Shown: positions 12,897 to 26,114 of the stretch, piece by piece
How the letters are laid out: the number at the start of each line of letters is the position of its first letter
How positions within the stretch are numbered: the stretch's first letter is position 1
Notes under the pieces: model-generated
Database searches by the model: none
What the model saw: only the letters and a program-made list of their open reading frames with translations
What the model was told of the DNA's origin: nothing
Position numbers and translations under genes: made by a program
NCBI GenBank assembly: GCA_045837725.1
Contig: JBEWZL010000289.1
Location: 1-64,000 of the forward strand
Length of the DNA stretch: 64,000 nt
Direction: 5' to 3'
Source of the DNA: Vermamoeba vermiformis
Taxonomy: Eukaryota

Positions 12897-15429
12897 ATGC
12901 AACAGGTCCGAGTTCGGCAGATATTCAGAGTTCATCTGCCTATCAACTGCCCTTCGGATCACGAAGTCAGCTTGTCAGATCAGCCGACTGACTTCGGCTT
13001 TACGCTCAAAGATTGCAATTCTGAACGCACTCATAAATACAAACTCGAGTTATTTTGTTTGCAGAATGAAACTCAGCCATCAAGAACATTAAACAATTGG
13101 GCAATATTTGCTAAACGAAATCCGATCAGCTTCAACACAGGAGACGATGATCCAACAATTTTAGGATTAAAAATTAATCACGGAATATTTGACTTTCGAA
13201 GGCAGCCAGAACAGCTCGCTAGGATAGTTTTGAGTTATTTTGTGGATGGAGTTTTTGTGCGAAGAGGAATTTCTCCAGTTATTAAAGTATTGCCGAAAAA
13301 GCGTCATGGAGGTCTAGAACTAGAATGTAAGTTAATTAAAAATATGCTTGTAACGTTATTTATTATTTGCGAAAGTATCTTGGGAAAATTGTCTTACAGA
13401 GTGGCGCGCTAGATTATTAAATCTAACATTATATTATATTATTAGGCACCGTTGCAATCAACTGGGAAGAACAATTAAATAATAATAGCAATTACAATAA
13501 CGAATCCAGCCTCGAGACCAAAGACGACCACGAGCGTCTATCTTATGATTATGACCAACAAATAGTTGATTCTCACATATCAGACTCCGCAAGTCCCGAC
13601 ATATATCATGCACCAGACCACGTCGAACCCCAGATGCAGCATCTGTTCTTTGCTTCGTCCGTTCCTGAGTCCCCTCTCGTGCAACCACTACAGTATGTAA
13701 TCTACTTTGTTACAACGGCAATGTTAACCATATGCGATAGGAATGAGAATTACATGGTACTTTACAACGGCAATGCAGAAGTCGTTGGTAACTTCAGAGC
13801 ATTGAACTTCTACAAGTCATCAGACATCAATATCAAAGAGGATATTAGGCTGCTAACTGAAGGTACGTACGAGGTGCTGTATAGAATACTTTGAATCTCT
13901 ACCAGACACAAGGAACTGCGTGCAACATTTGACTGACAGAGTACTAACACGAGCTTTTTCGCTTTGTAGACCACGACTGCCGCGACACGTTGCTTCAAAT
14001 TGACGGAGTTAACTACAAGTTCAAACAAGGAGTGCATCCAGACACGAACAGACGATTTGTTGGCTACATTGCACAACAAGTGGAGAGTGTTGTTCCCGAA
14101 GCTGTTCAGCTCATTGATGGTAAGTTCTATTGTCTCGTTTATACTCATATCGACTATGAAACTAATTACGGTACCATGTAGGTATTCTTCATGTCGATTA
14201 TGAGTCTCTGATACCATATCTGAGCGAGTCAGTTCGTGCCAATTACAATGACATCAAGGATCTGAAGTCACACTCCGAACGAATTCAAAAGGCATTGGAC
14301 GCGATGTACGACGAGTTCATTAAGCAAGAACAACGATATAAAGCCAACAAATCAACACCACAACCTAAACACAGCTCTAAAAATCGACCGCCAAGGTCAC
14401 CAGCACTTCGCTTCGGTCTCATAGTTAGCGCCATCACCGTCGTATTGCTCGTTGCCATTGGTGCTGCAATATTCCTTTGGCCGACCAATAACACCTCTCC
14501 AGACTCGCCGACACTAGCGCCAGTGCCCCAATCACCCACAGGTCAACCTTTGATCCCTTTGAAACCCGCCATTGCCACACACAAATCAATTCAACGACAA
14601 GCATTAGAAGAGTTCTACCACGCGACACGAGGCCAAAATTGGGTTAGAAATGATAAATGGCTAACAAATGCACCGTTGAGCGAGTGGTACGGCATTTCAA
14701 TGTTCTTGGAAAATGTGGATGCGATCGTTTTGCCGAGCAATAACCTCGTTGGACCGTTGCCTGATAGCTTCGAAGAACTCAACACTATACGAAGACTTGA
14801 TCTACATAACAATTCGATCGTCGGAAAGATGCCGAAGTTCGATGGATGGAGCTCACTGGTTAGTCTAAATTTAGCCAACAACCGGTTCATGGATCGCATC
14901 CACTCGCACCTTTTTACGTCGTCCAGCTTACTTCAATACCTCAATTTGCGCGACAACTACCTATCATCGTCATTGCCCTCCGTAATAGCAATATACTCGT
15001 TGCAATACATGGATTTGGCCAACAACCAGTTGACCGGGTCCATACCTAGCATGACGTACCTGCCGCTAGCACACTTGGACTTGAGTTTTAACAACTTCGA
15101 TGGCTTCTTGACCAACTTGCCGACGGAGCTTAGAAACCTAAGTATCAACAATAACAGATTTGCTGGTGAAGTGACTCAGATGAAGAATTTGGCTAACATT
15201 CGACGGCTACGGATCGGCAATAATTTCTTCACTGGCGACTATAGAACTGCTTCCAGAACAAATAGAACAACTCGAAGTGCTGTATATAGCCGATACGCAG
15301 CTTAAACAATTCATCATCACGAACGGCACGTTGTCGGCAGATGCAGCGTGCGACGCGAGCGGAGTTCCATTTTTGTGTCCGTTGCCGGATTGGCTGGTTG
15401 AAAAGTGTAACGCTGTGTGCATATTATAA
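12897..15429 (+). CDS. MYRF-like S74/ICA-TM-LRR protein, copy 3
   Basis: N-domain type B (MQQVRVRQIFRVHLPIN...ISPVIKVLPKKR); SSDINIKEDI; intron 14120-14181; TM; LRRs; +1 frameshift near 15240, after which the Cys cap (CDASGVPFLCPLPDWLVEKCNAVC) continues to TAA 15427-15429. Confidence 0.83.
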
Positions 15430-15563
15430 TACTGTAATTATAGAATAGAACTTGATTAGTTTTTAAATTGTAATCGAATGTCACCGGCTGTCAAAGTAAT
15501 CAAACAATTTTGCGTGTCCACTTTTTAAAGGAGTAAATCTTTCGTTATTAAAGTGTCAGCGCA

Positions 15564-18197
15564 ATGAAGAAGGTCCACATTAGGCAAATTTTTAGGATAA
15601 ACCTTCCTATCAACACTCCTCCGGATCACGAGGTCATTTTAGTGGATAAACCAAATGACTTTGGCTTTACGCTCAAAGACTGCAATTCTGCACGAACTCA
15701 TCATTACCAATTAGAGTTATTTTGTATTGAAGACGTTGGATTACCAGCAAGAACCATTGCAGACTGGGCAACAATTGCAAAACGAAATCCGATCAGTTGC
15801 AACACAGGAGAGGATGCAATTGTACGATTAAAGGTCAACCATGGCGTATTTGATTTTAGAAGACAACCAGAACAATTAGCACGAGTTACATTGAATTATT
15901 TCGTGGATGGGGTGTTTGTTCAACGAGGCTATTCCCCTGTATTCAAAATACTTCCTAAAAAGCGACAAGGCTTTGCTTATGACGAATGTAAGTTTTGAGA
16001 CAAAATGTCCTCTCTAAAATAATTAAATTAAGAAACCGATCTGATTTTTCAAAAATAGCCTCGAACTTGAATCCACTCACAATTATATATTTTAGGCACT
16101 GTTCGGGTATTTTGGGACAATAATAATGTAAATGCAAATAACGGCAGTGGGAGTGGCTCGGAAGAAGATCAGAACGAGGAGATGCGCAGTCAGCCTATTG
16201 AATATCACCATCAATACAGCAACAATACCAATCAATCTCATTATTCCAGCGAGTCGTATGTCTCAGACTCTCAACAACCAAGTCCTGACTATTATTACAA
16301 GAGCGAGCCAGTTTCGAGGTACAAATCCGCCTTTTAACTGAATTTTGCATCGCTTATGACGTTGGAAATACTAATTATTCTTTCTAGCGAGCGTCATGAT
16401 TATCCACAGCATCACATGCCTTTACTTTTGTCTCCCGTTGGTGGATTCGATCATGTTCCTGAATCACCGATGGTGATGCCCCAGTACGTGCTATTAACGT
16501 TATTTTATCGATTATCTAATATTTCAATAGAAATGAGCAATATATGGTGCTATATAACGGCAACGCCGAAGTGATCGGAAACTTCAGAGCATTGAACTTC
16601 TACAAGTCATCAGACATCAATATCAAAGAGGACATTAGGCTACTCGTTGAAGGTACGTTTTTAATACGGAATCTTTCAAAAAGCAGTTTACGACGGCTAT
16701 GCAACAAAGCAGTACTAACACGTGCTTGTTCGCTTTGTAGACCATGACTGTCGTGACACGTTGCTGCAAATTGACGGAGTAAACTACAAGTTCAAGCAAG
16801 GAGTGCATCCAGACACGAACAGAAGATTTGTTGGCTACATTGCACAACAAGTGGAGAGTGTTGTTCCCGAAGCTGTTCAGCTCATTGATGGTGAGTTCTA
16901 TTGTCTCATTTATGCTCATATCGACTATGAAACTAATTACGGTCACACTTAGGTATTCTTCATGTCGACTATGAGTCTCTGATACCTTATCTGAGCGAGT
17001 CAGTTCGTGCCAACTATGGTGACATAAAAAATCTCAAATCGAACGCGGATAGAATGCAACAAGCCCTCGATTCAATGTACGAACAGTTCATCAAGAAGGG
17101 AGGCAAGGGCAAACCGTCAAAAGAACCAACGAAAACAGCCTCTCGTTCTCAGAAAAATTCACGTGGCCGATCTCGTGTGCTTCAAATCGTCTTTGGCCTC
17201 GTGATCTCGGCAGTATTAGTTGGAGTTGGTGTAGCGGTGTTTGTGTGGCCCAACGTGTTCAGCTAACAATAACAATCAACCCACACCGCAAACAGCCCCT
17301 ACAGAACCTTCAACATCGACTGCGATCCCGATCACGGCCGTGGATCCAAAACACATGATAATCCTCAAAGAATTCTACCGAGCTACAAATGGTGCTAATT
17401 GGACGAGACGTGATAATTGGCTGACGGACGCACCGTTGAAGGATTGGTTTGGCGTCACAGTGAACGGATTCGGCGATCAAGTTTCGACGCTTTCATTGCC
17501 GAATAATAACTTGGACGGACATATTCCCGAGAGCTTTGATCAATTGCATACGATTGAGGCATTGGATTTGCAAGGAAATCATATTATGGGACCGTTGCCT
17601 TCATTCGACGGATGGTACATGTTGCGACACGTGGATCTGTCGAGAAATGTGTTTTTAGGCGAGATGCCTCAAACATTATTGAACCGTGGAAGCATTCAGA
17701 CCCTCAATGTCAGCTATAATCAGCTCTATGGAAAGTTGCCCGAACAAATGTCACTTAGATCCGCCAAGCTTTTTGACATATCTCACAACATGTTTGATGG
17801 CACCTTGCCAACGCGAGGATTTTGGTTTATGCCCGTGGAAATATTAGCCATCAACAATAACTTCTTTGGGGGAGAAATACGATCATTGCCTTACAACATC
17901 CAGATCTTGTCGTTGCAGAGCAACACTTTTACGGGAGATCTCACGTGCCTGACGAATCTTGATAATCTCAAAGTGGCTAGATTAGGCTACAATCCGTTCT
18001 ACGGTGATTTGAAGTTCACGGCGAAGCAATTTGCGCAGTTGGAAGAGCTCAACATTGCCGGCACCTACTTCGGATCAATCGACGTCGAGAACGCTACTCT
18101 GAGCGATAACGTGATTTGCGATGCGAGCAGGGTGCCATTTGCGTGCCCGCTACCTGATTGGGCAGTTAATAAGTGCAATGCTACTTGCGGTAATTAA
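15564..18197 (+). CDS. MYRF-like S74/ICA-TM-LRR protein, copy 4
   Basis: N-domain type B (MKKVHIRQIFRINLPIN...YSPVFKILPKKR); SSDINIKEDI; intron 16891-16952; TM VLQIVFGLVISAVLVGVGVAVFVW; frameshift near 17260; LRRs and Cys cap. Confidence 0.83.
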
Positions 18198-18499
18198 GAT
18201 CATATCATCAAGCGGGATGCTCTGAATATTTTGTAAATAGGCTTAGTATGATAAATAATTAGTTATATTTTATGATACTAGAGATTATGACATTAATTTA
18301 CTGTGCGGAGCAGAATGATTCAGAAGAGAGAAGGAACCTCGGGGAAATCGGTCCATTTTCCAAATTAGGAAATTCACCCGATCAAGCTCCGTCTCCGGTA
18401 CATTCAGAAGATTCTGCTCGCACCATAAAACAAGTAAATTGTTGGTCATTTAATCTATAACAACAAGTAATCAACATCGCAACACAAAATCAAAACATA

Positions 18500-19251
18500 A
18501 TGCAACAATCAAACCCAATCGAGTGGTTCAAATCCGAGATCACCAAGCGTCCAGTCACCGCTATCGTCTTTTATCGTGGCCTTTGGTGCCCTTGGTGCAG
18601 CGGTAAATATACATATCTAGAAGCATAAGATCGATTTCTAACAAGATCGTTAGGATACTTAAAGGAACTCAACAAAAGTTTCGTAAAGAAGATCCGAGCA
18701 GTGGGCGGCGAATTGTTCGCTGTAACTGCTCAAGAATTGGTCGATGGCAAAGCAGCTACCCAGGAATGGAACTTAGAGTAAGTACTATTGTTAATATTTT
18801 GGTTGTAGTTTTTGACTTTGGATGTAGATTCCAGACCGTCGTGGATACGACCAACGAGTTAGCAAAGTATTTGAAAGTTAATATTACGCCCAAGAAAGAC
18901 ACTTTCTTCAAGGACCATCCTTCGTGGTACCCTAACGGCTTAGCTCAACCTGCCCTGATTGTCGTGGATCAGCAAGGTCGCACGTTGTTCCATTGGGCCA
19001 TTGTTCCGTCAGAAATGAATCTCGGAGGTGCCTCCGATAGACCACTGCCCGACGCTGTTTGGAACGTTGTCGAGCAACAGTTGAAACAGTTCAACGAAAA
19101 GAATTCTAGCAACGACAAAGAGTTGCCGAAACAAGATTGGGAATGGCTCCGAGAAAATTATAACCGAGAATATGAAACGACTTTAACGTGGTACAAAGGC
19201 GAGGTAGCTGCTGGTAGATTGCTGAACGCACCCAAGCCTGCTTCGAATTGA
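18500..19251 (+). CDS. AhpC/TSA-like redoxin (thioredoxin fold)
   Basis: Spliced MQQSNPIEWFKSEITKRPVTAIVFYRGLWCPWC(S)...ELFAVTAQ...LAQPALIVVDQQGR; FYRGxWCPxC motif. Confidence 0.75.
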
Positions 19252-19644
19252 CTCGATCTGCAGACAAGTAACGCAACAGCTGCACAAAAGTCTTTGATAA
19301 TCAATTCGTTTTTGATCTAAGCTCTAATTCTATATTTTTCTAATAAATTATAATTACACCTAGTTCTGTAAATCAAAATAGACTGTGTGAGGCGGATTTG
19401 CTTGTGTCACGATCCGACATTGACCCTAGGGTCAGATTTGTTCTTCCCGAGCCTTTGTTTAAGTTACATTGCTGAGTATTCGTCCATTCTGGACTGTTTT
19501 TCAATTCTTTCACTATTACGTATTTTTCAATTCTTCAGGGATCACGTGTTTTTCAATTCTTTAGGAATCACGTGTTTTGTTCGCTATAAAACACTTTTTT
19601 TTTCCTTCGTATTTTGTAATTCAAACGAACGACAACAACAAGAC

Positions 19645-20667
19645 AATGGAACAAAATCAAGACAACAACAACTTTTGGCAGGATCTTCTCGTTTTGCTGA
19701 CTAATGTAAGCCTTACTTTGTTTTTCCCATATGCATTAATGATTAGCAGATACGTTGATAATTTTTTTTTGAGAATGTTAAAATTTATTGGAAGTACTCG
19801 CCAACCTACCGCCCTACACCGAGAGGAGTACGATTTAGTGAGATTGCCGAAAGAGGAGGCCGATATTCGAATTCGGAGACACTCAAAATTGGAAATCTTT
19901 GCGAGAGAAGCAACGATTGCAAATCATTGTAGCTCATGCAGGCAATGCCCAAATGGTCGACTTTGAGAACAGCCCTGCCCACAATCTTCGAGTGCCTGAT
20001 CGCCGCTCTGCTTAACGGGGAGGTGTAGGCCAGAAGATCGAGGCGTCGATGTCCGGCGAAGAAACGAGAATAACGAGCTGGATCTGATCGTGCAGTGCAA
20101 GGCAGGAAATAGTTATGCCGGGCAAGTAGCTCACATCTTCAGAGAGTTGCTAGGAACATGTTGGCTCCACCGTTGCTCGCGAGCTCTTTTGGCCATGACT
20201 GCAGAGCACGTGGCATCTCAGCAAAACATTCTAGCTTTTGGCAATAACAACAATGCCAATTATCCGCTTCAAGTCGACCTTTGGGATCGAACGAGAATTG
20301 TTCAACAAATCGATTCTCTCACGGAGTTCTTGGCCATTTGGTTGCGGAATTTATTTTAGAGAATTCCACAACTACAAAGACTGAATTCTTAGCCATTCGA
20401 AAGATGGAGACGTTATTCGTAAGCCTAGAAGTTCTGAGACTACGAAGCGGAGCTATCTTCAAGATAGCAGAAAGCAAGCGAATTTGAGGAAGAGAAATTC
20501 GGCGTGGGAGAAGGCCAATGGAGGTGTGGAGGTAGCAGCGGATGAAGAAGGAAGATGAATAAAGAGAAATCAGTGTACTCCGACCAGGAAGAACTTGACC
20601 CTTCTTACGAAAGTGAAGATGAAGAGCTGATTGAGCATTTTGAAGGCTTCAATTTCAACGAGCAATA
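19645..20667 (+). CDS. Hypothetical protein or degraded gene with acidic C-terminus
   Basis: MEQNQDNNNFWQ... followed by a GTAAG donor, coding-like composition and an acidic tail (EELDPSYESEDEELIEH); no continuous frame recovered. Confidence 0.3.
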
Positions 20668-20966
20668 AAAAGGAAATGTTATTTTTTACCGTGGTTCATT
20701 ATGAAACTAATCAAATTGTTCTATTTAATGAATTAGCAACCTCAGAAGAGGTTGTAGAGATCCGATCTAGCCCGATATCATTAAGTTATGATTACGTATC
20801 TACGAGCTGTGCAGCTCTTACGGTAACGTACGTTAATCAGTAACATCGGGAAAAAATCGCGCTGTTGAAAAATGCGGGTGTGATTCAGAGTTATTTTTGG
20901 TAGCAACTTGCAAGACATAAAAAACTTCGAAACCGTTAGACTTGACACTTTTTTTCTTTCGTGACT

Positions 20967-22378
20967 ATGAACAACAAGTTGGTAGTTGTCGCCCTCTTGG
21001 GCTTGCTGGCCTTAACCCAGGTTTACGCGCACAAGTGCAGCACTCCTGAGCCTCCTCGTGGTGTTGGCGACCCCAATGAAGCAGTTACTCAATCGACTTG
21101 CTATTCTAGCAACCCTTGCGATAGTGCTAGCGTCAGGTAAGAAATGCAAACCGACGAACATCCGGATTTCAGATTGACACGAAAAAATTCTTTTTTATAG
21201 AGACACTTACATTAAAACTGATACCTCCGCAACATTGTCAATGAGAGTTAACTCCATTTACTTCGGCGTATTGAACGATACGGCCAAGACAAACTACGAT
21301 AAGAACGTAAGTGAATCAATTTAATTTAATTTAGCAGTTAAAAGCAATTGAAATATAAATTAACTTACCCTTTAAAATATAGAACGAGTTCTTTGTAACT
21401 AAGTATAAAGATCTGTTGGGCATCAACGTCATAATTGAAACTAAGGAAGTTACCACCGAGTATCAAACTGTTGGCGCCGACGACAAAGCTACGCACTTGG
21501 CTATGGCTCAAAAGTACTACCGAGAGGGCTGGATGACTACTATGTACACTGCTTTCGATCCCAATCCCGAAGGTTTGTTGGGCTACGCATCCAACTTCCC
21601 GATCAACTTGCCTTCCTCGCTTAGAGACTGGTACACTATTATGGGAGTGCACGGTCTTGGTCCTGCAGGCACGACCATCCCGCACGAAGTTGGTCACATG
21701 TTAGGTAAGTAACGACCGTTTCTCTAACGAATCTGCCAGATTTGGTCAAAAAATTGAATTTCAACTAAGCGCCATGATTAGGCTTATATCATACCTTCAT
21801 TCAACAATGCGATGAATGCGCTGAAGGCGTGAATTCCCCGGATAGAAACGTGGTTGGTGATTTTTGCAATGACACTTTGGCCGTTCAAAACGAATCCAAT
21901 TGCAACGGAACCTTGACTAAGCGTAAGTGATACCTATACGTTTTATGCCTCATATTAAAAATAATATGCATGTGGTTCGAATTTGACTGTTACCTTTTTT
22001 TTTTTTGTGATCCGTTGAAAACTTAATTTTTTAATCATTACTTAAAGTTTAAACTGTCTCAAAATTCTAAATGAACTAATTAATTAATTACCTCTATTTT
22101 TAGCCAATGACTGCTCAGGCACTCCCTTCGGCGACTACAGCTCGTTGCCGCTGGACAACTACATGGCATACACCGACGATAACTGTCAAACTCGCGGTTT
22201 CACTCCGCAACAATCCGGTCGTGCGCGTTGCTACTTGAGCACTACTGTCTCATTCTTGAACCCTGATGCAGCCCCTGTTGCAGCCCCTGGTGCTGGTCCC
22301 AGCGGAAAAGTGTCATCGGCGGTGCAAGTGACAGTTGCGACCGTGCTCTCTTTGGTTGCTTTCATTATGGCCTGTTAA
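20967..22378 (+). CDS. Secreted/GPI-anchored M43 (pappalysin/ulilysin-like) zinc metalloprotease
   Basis: Signal peptide MNNKLVVVALLGLLALTQVYA; HEVGHMLG|LYHTF (HExxHxxGxxH) across an intron; NYMAYTDDNC Met-turn; hydrophobic C-terminus. Confidence 0.85.
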
Positions 22379-22641
22379 ATCGTAATAAAACCTGCCTGGT
22401 TTGTTATAACGTTATTTTTACTTGGTTTGTTGCAAAGATTTGTTTGGTTCTTCAAACGGTCAAGTTTTGGCACGTGGTGTTGAGTCTGTTGATTCGATAG
22501 CGTTGTCTATGCAACTAATTAATATTTAGACTATTAAGTACTAATCATTATTGCAATATGAATATGTGATGCTAATTACCAAGTTGTACAGTCGCATGAA
22601 AAACAGGGGATCCACGTGCCACTATTTGTTTCGCAGCGGCT

Positions 22642-24104
22642 CTATTCTTTCGTGTGAAACAGCAATATTGCTTTTTCTATAAGTTCTCTATCGATTTTTA
22701 ATAGTGTAAGCTTTCTTTGACTCTCGGTAGTGTCTTCATTCCGCAGAAGTTGGATCAGCACTTCTGCGAGCGGATCCACGCAGTAGTAAGCCTTCTCGAT
22801 TAAATATAGTGCCCAGTGTTTAGGTGACATATGGTCGGTCTTATTGTCGTGATATCTTTCTTTCCAAGCGGCACGTGACTCGACATAAACGGCCGGTGCG
22901 CATTGAGAATGCTGAATAATTTCCTTTTTAAGTAAAAACCACAGAACTCTTCGGAGACATCTAATTATAGCAGCTTTTGAGTTATTGGAATGTTTGGGGT
23001 CCAATCCTGACAGCCATTGGTCGCATCGTTGTTTGACATTTGATGACACTTTGACATCTTGAGTGCCACTTTCAATGACAGTTCTTGCCGCGAGATCCAA
23101 CTTCCAATTCAATTCTTTGGACATAGTCAAATAAATGGCTTCTCGACATTGCAACGTTTTAATGCTCTTTTGCACCGTTGAAAATCTTCTTAATCGATCT
23201 TTGTTTTCGCCGGTCGGCAACTCAAATAGGAACTCGTCTTTTTGCGCAAATTCTTCTATTTTAAAATGAATTACTTGATTTTCTTCTAAAATTCGGTGCT
23301 GTGCGCGCCGCATGTCCAAGCACATTGTAACCGAGCCGTCAGATCTGAGCCAAAATATCCAAATGTATCTCAAAAAGTTATCGCCATCCGTATCATCCCT
23401 ATTACATGTTAAATAAATATTATAATCGTGTTAGAACCTTACCAGTAGAAAAGAGGTTTCGAATCTGCTAGATCTTTGTACTCCTCGGGAAATAAATGCT
23501 TGTTTTCTTTAGGAACCCAAGTATCGCATTCGTTAGCGTCAAGTGCAAAGTTTAATCTAGGAAATTTCGTATGAATCAGCCAGTAGAGTTTGACGGCGAG
23601 TTTTTTCTCGCGGAATGACAGATCTGATCGTGCGTGGATCCATTCCAAGTCTTTTCTTACAAAAGGTTTGTGGTCTAAAATAGTTCTAATGTAATATCTA
23701 TAAGGAGGTGTAATATAATCAAGCGTTCTATCGTTGACTGTTCGAGATGCACGATCGACGTTAAGTAGAGTTGAATATCTTTTCGCCCAAAGTTCTTCGG
23801 ATTGCCACCAAAAATTCATAGGCAATTTTGATATATCTTTGCATTGATTTATGGCTGTAAATTGAAGCAAGAAAGTTAGATGCGAAAATACTAAAATCTT
23901 AAAAAATGAAATTTGGCTCTCAACGGAACCTTTTACTATTTTATTACCTTCATAGCGTTTTTCCCAAGCATCGGATCTCGTAAAATAGCTGTGCCAATAT
24001 TTTGACGTAGATTCAAAACGAACCAGGTCGCAGAAACTGAGGTGTGTTGCAATCTCTACGACTAGTTCGTTGGGCAATGAATTGGAATCAATTCGGTTAT
24101 CCAT
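22642..24104 (-). CDS. F-box domain protein
   Basis: SLPNELVVEIATHLSFCDLVRFESTSKYW F-box pattern; continues through ORFs 23439-24353 and 22642-23373. Confidence 0.65.
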
Positions 24105-24589
24105 GTTGCAGCGATTGTGTTTTCCTTTCGACAACTCAGTAGCTATGAAAAACATCGGAATTCGAAAAACTGCCTTTCTACCAATAATTCTTCTGTTCAT
24201 TCTCAGTACTTGACTAAAGATCTGTTTCATAATAAGATAATAACAGGTATGGCCATACTGGAATCTATCTTTTTGTCTTCTTGAAATGCGGGATCTCTTT
24301 GTGGACGAATGATTTTGAGGTACCACAAGTTTTTGGGAGCTGAATTGAATCAATTATATCACCCTTGTTGCTCTCTTTCATTCGTTGACCGTGGTAGCTC
24401 AATAATAGAGCACTCGTCTGACCCTTCGGGGTTCTCAAGGTGCGCGCGGTTCTCTCGGGAACCGCGCCAGAAGTTTTCCCGACTTGAAATGCGAGTGGAT
24501 GCGAGTGTAAACCTCGCCTGCGGTCGTTTTTTTTTGCATTTTTAAAATTTAACGCCTGCACTAACAAGGAGTTAACCGGCCTTTATTTT

Positions 24590-25952
24590 TTATGAGCTAA
24601 AGGGAAAGTAACTCTCTCCAGCCAAATCACGCTTAAATATTTTACCATTGCTATAAGTAATTGCGTGCTTGCCGTTGCATAAAGTGTTCTCAAATGAATA
24701 TGGAAGATAGAGGTTTGATTCCATTGACCATTTGTAATGGGCCAGATCCCAAACTTGTCCGGTGGCGCACCATAAATTCATCGAAACTAAATCAATGAGC
24801 GGCACAGACATTCGTCCGTATTGCATCTAATTATTAAAAAATTAATGTTTGAATATTATCAAGCAATGTCCTTAAATTTAAAACTTACTCCGAGAGGCAG
24901 CGAGGAGTCCAAACCGGCTCCGTTGGTTTTCGCAAGTCTCTTATTTCTGCATTCGTACTGGCCATATAGATATAATTATCGGAAACATTAATGCTCTTGT
25001 AAGAGACATATATCAAAGCTACCGGATCGGAATTTGTCCGTAGATCCAGCACTTCGCAAGCGTGAAGAGCACATTTGATGGCCATATGACCACGCAACAT
25101 AATTTTTTCCGTTTTGGATACGCTGTCTTTCAATACCTCGAGAACTTTGCCCGTAGTGACATCAAATAGGTAATCTACAGAATTCTTAGAAATTATCAAG
25201 TATTTAAGGTACGTACCGTTGGTCATTATCCATTTGTCGTTAACGTCGAATGGTTTAGTGATTTTATCAGGCATCTCTAACATTCCGACAGGTTTCTGTG
25301 ACAATTAAAATTTAAGTAATTTGATCAGATCCGAGAGCAAAAAACAGTGAACTCCAGTTCCATCATACTTACGTAATCATGCAGCGAATGTAATTCAAAG
25401 CCGACGTTGCCAGCGACATATAAAAGATCGCCAAATCTCTTTGCTCCTCCGTACATGGTTTGTCTTCTGGAACTGAACTTGACTGCTTGCCTTGTCTCAA
25501 AGTCGTACAGACAAATGTTTTCTAAGAAGCAGGCAGAAAGAATATTTTGATACACGTTGATTGTTTCAAAAGGGTAAGTGGACTCTAATTTGATCTCTTC
25601 TGCCTTTCCCACGGCAAACTTGTGTCTGATTGGTAACAATGTTAATATCGATCGTCAATTGAGAAATTAACGCAGAATCGTGACACTTCGACACTTTGAC
25701 ACGTGTCATCATGTCAAAATCTTACTTGTATCTCGTGCGATAAGATTGCAGCGTGAATTCTTTTGGCTTGGCATCGTAAGGAAATGCTTGCTGAAATTTC
25801 CGTTGCCAGACCACGCGACTTTCCGTAATCGTTCGGTAAAACCGGTTGCATGTCAGTGCGAATGCAAGCAGCTGTTGATAAGGCAAGAAACTAATCACAA
25901 CTCCGATCAGATCTGACGGCAAGTCGTTCAAGGGAAATTCTTGCTGATGCAA
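24590..25952 (-). CDS. F-box protein with beta-propeller-like C-terminal region (start uncertain)
   Basis: LNDLPSDLIGVVISFLPYQQLLAFALTCNRFY F-box; downstream exons with WD-like strands (ICLYDFET, EIRDLRK, QVWDLA). Confidence 0.6.
25681..25708. repeat. Intronic 28-bp element (inverted copy)
   Basis: TGACACTTCGACACTTTGACACGTGTCA. Confidence 0.7.
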
Positions 25953-26114
25953 ATCTACGTTGAAATGAATTAAACATTAGTACAGAATCATCGATAAACT
26001 ATTAAGGTACCTGTTGCGTCCGAAGGAAAGACAACTCCGTGAATATAACCTAGCGAAGGAAAAATGAGCCCATGAAGCGAAGGAAAAATTAAATTAATGT
26101 AAGTATTATTTGAT

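Noticed and set aside
26053-26090. Direct repeat GCGAAGGAAAAAT x2
   Set aside because: Only two short copies; not CRISPR-like and no supporting context
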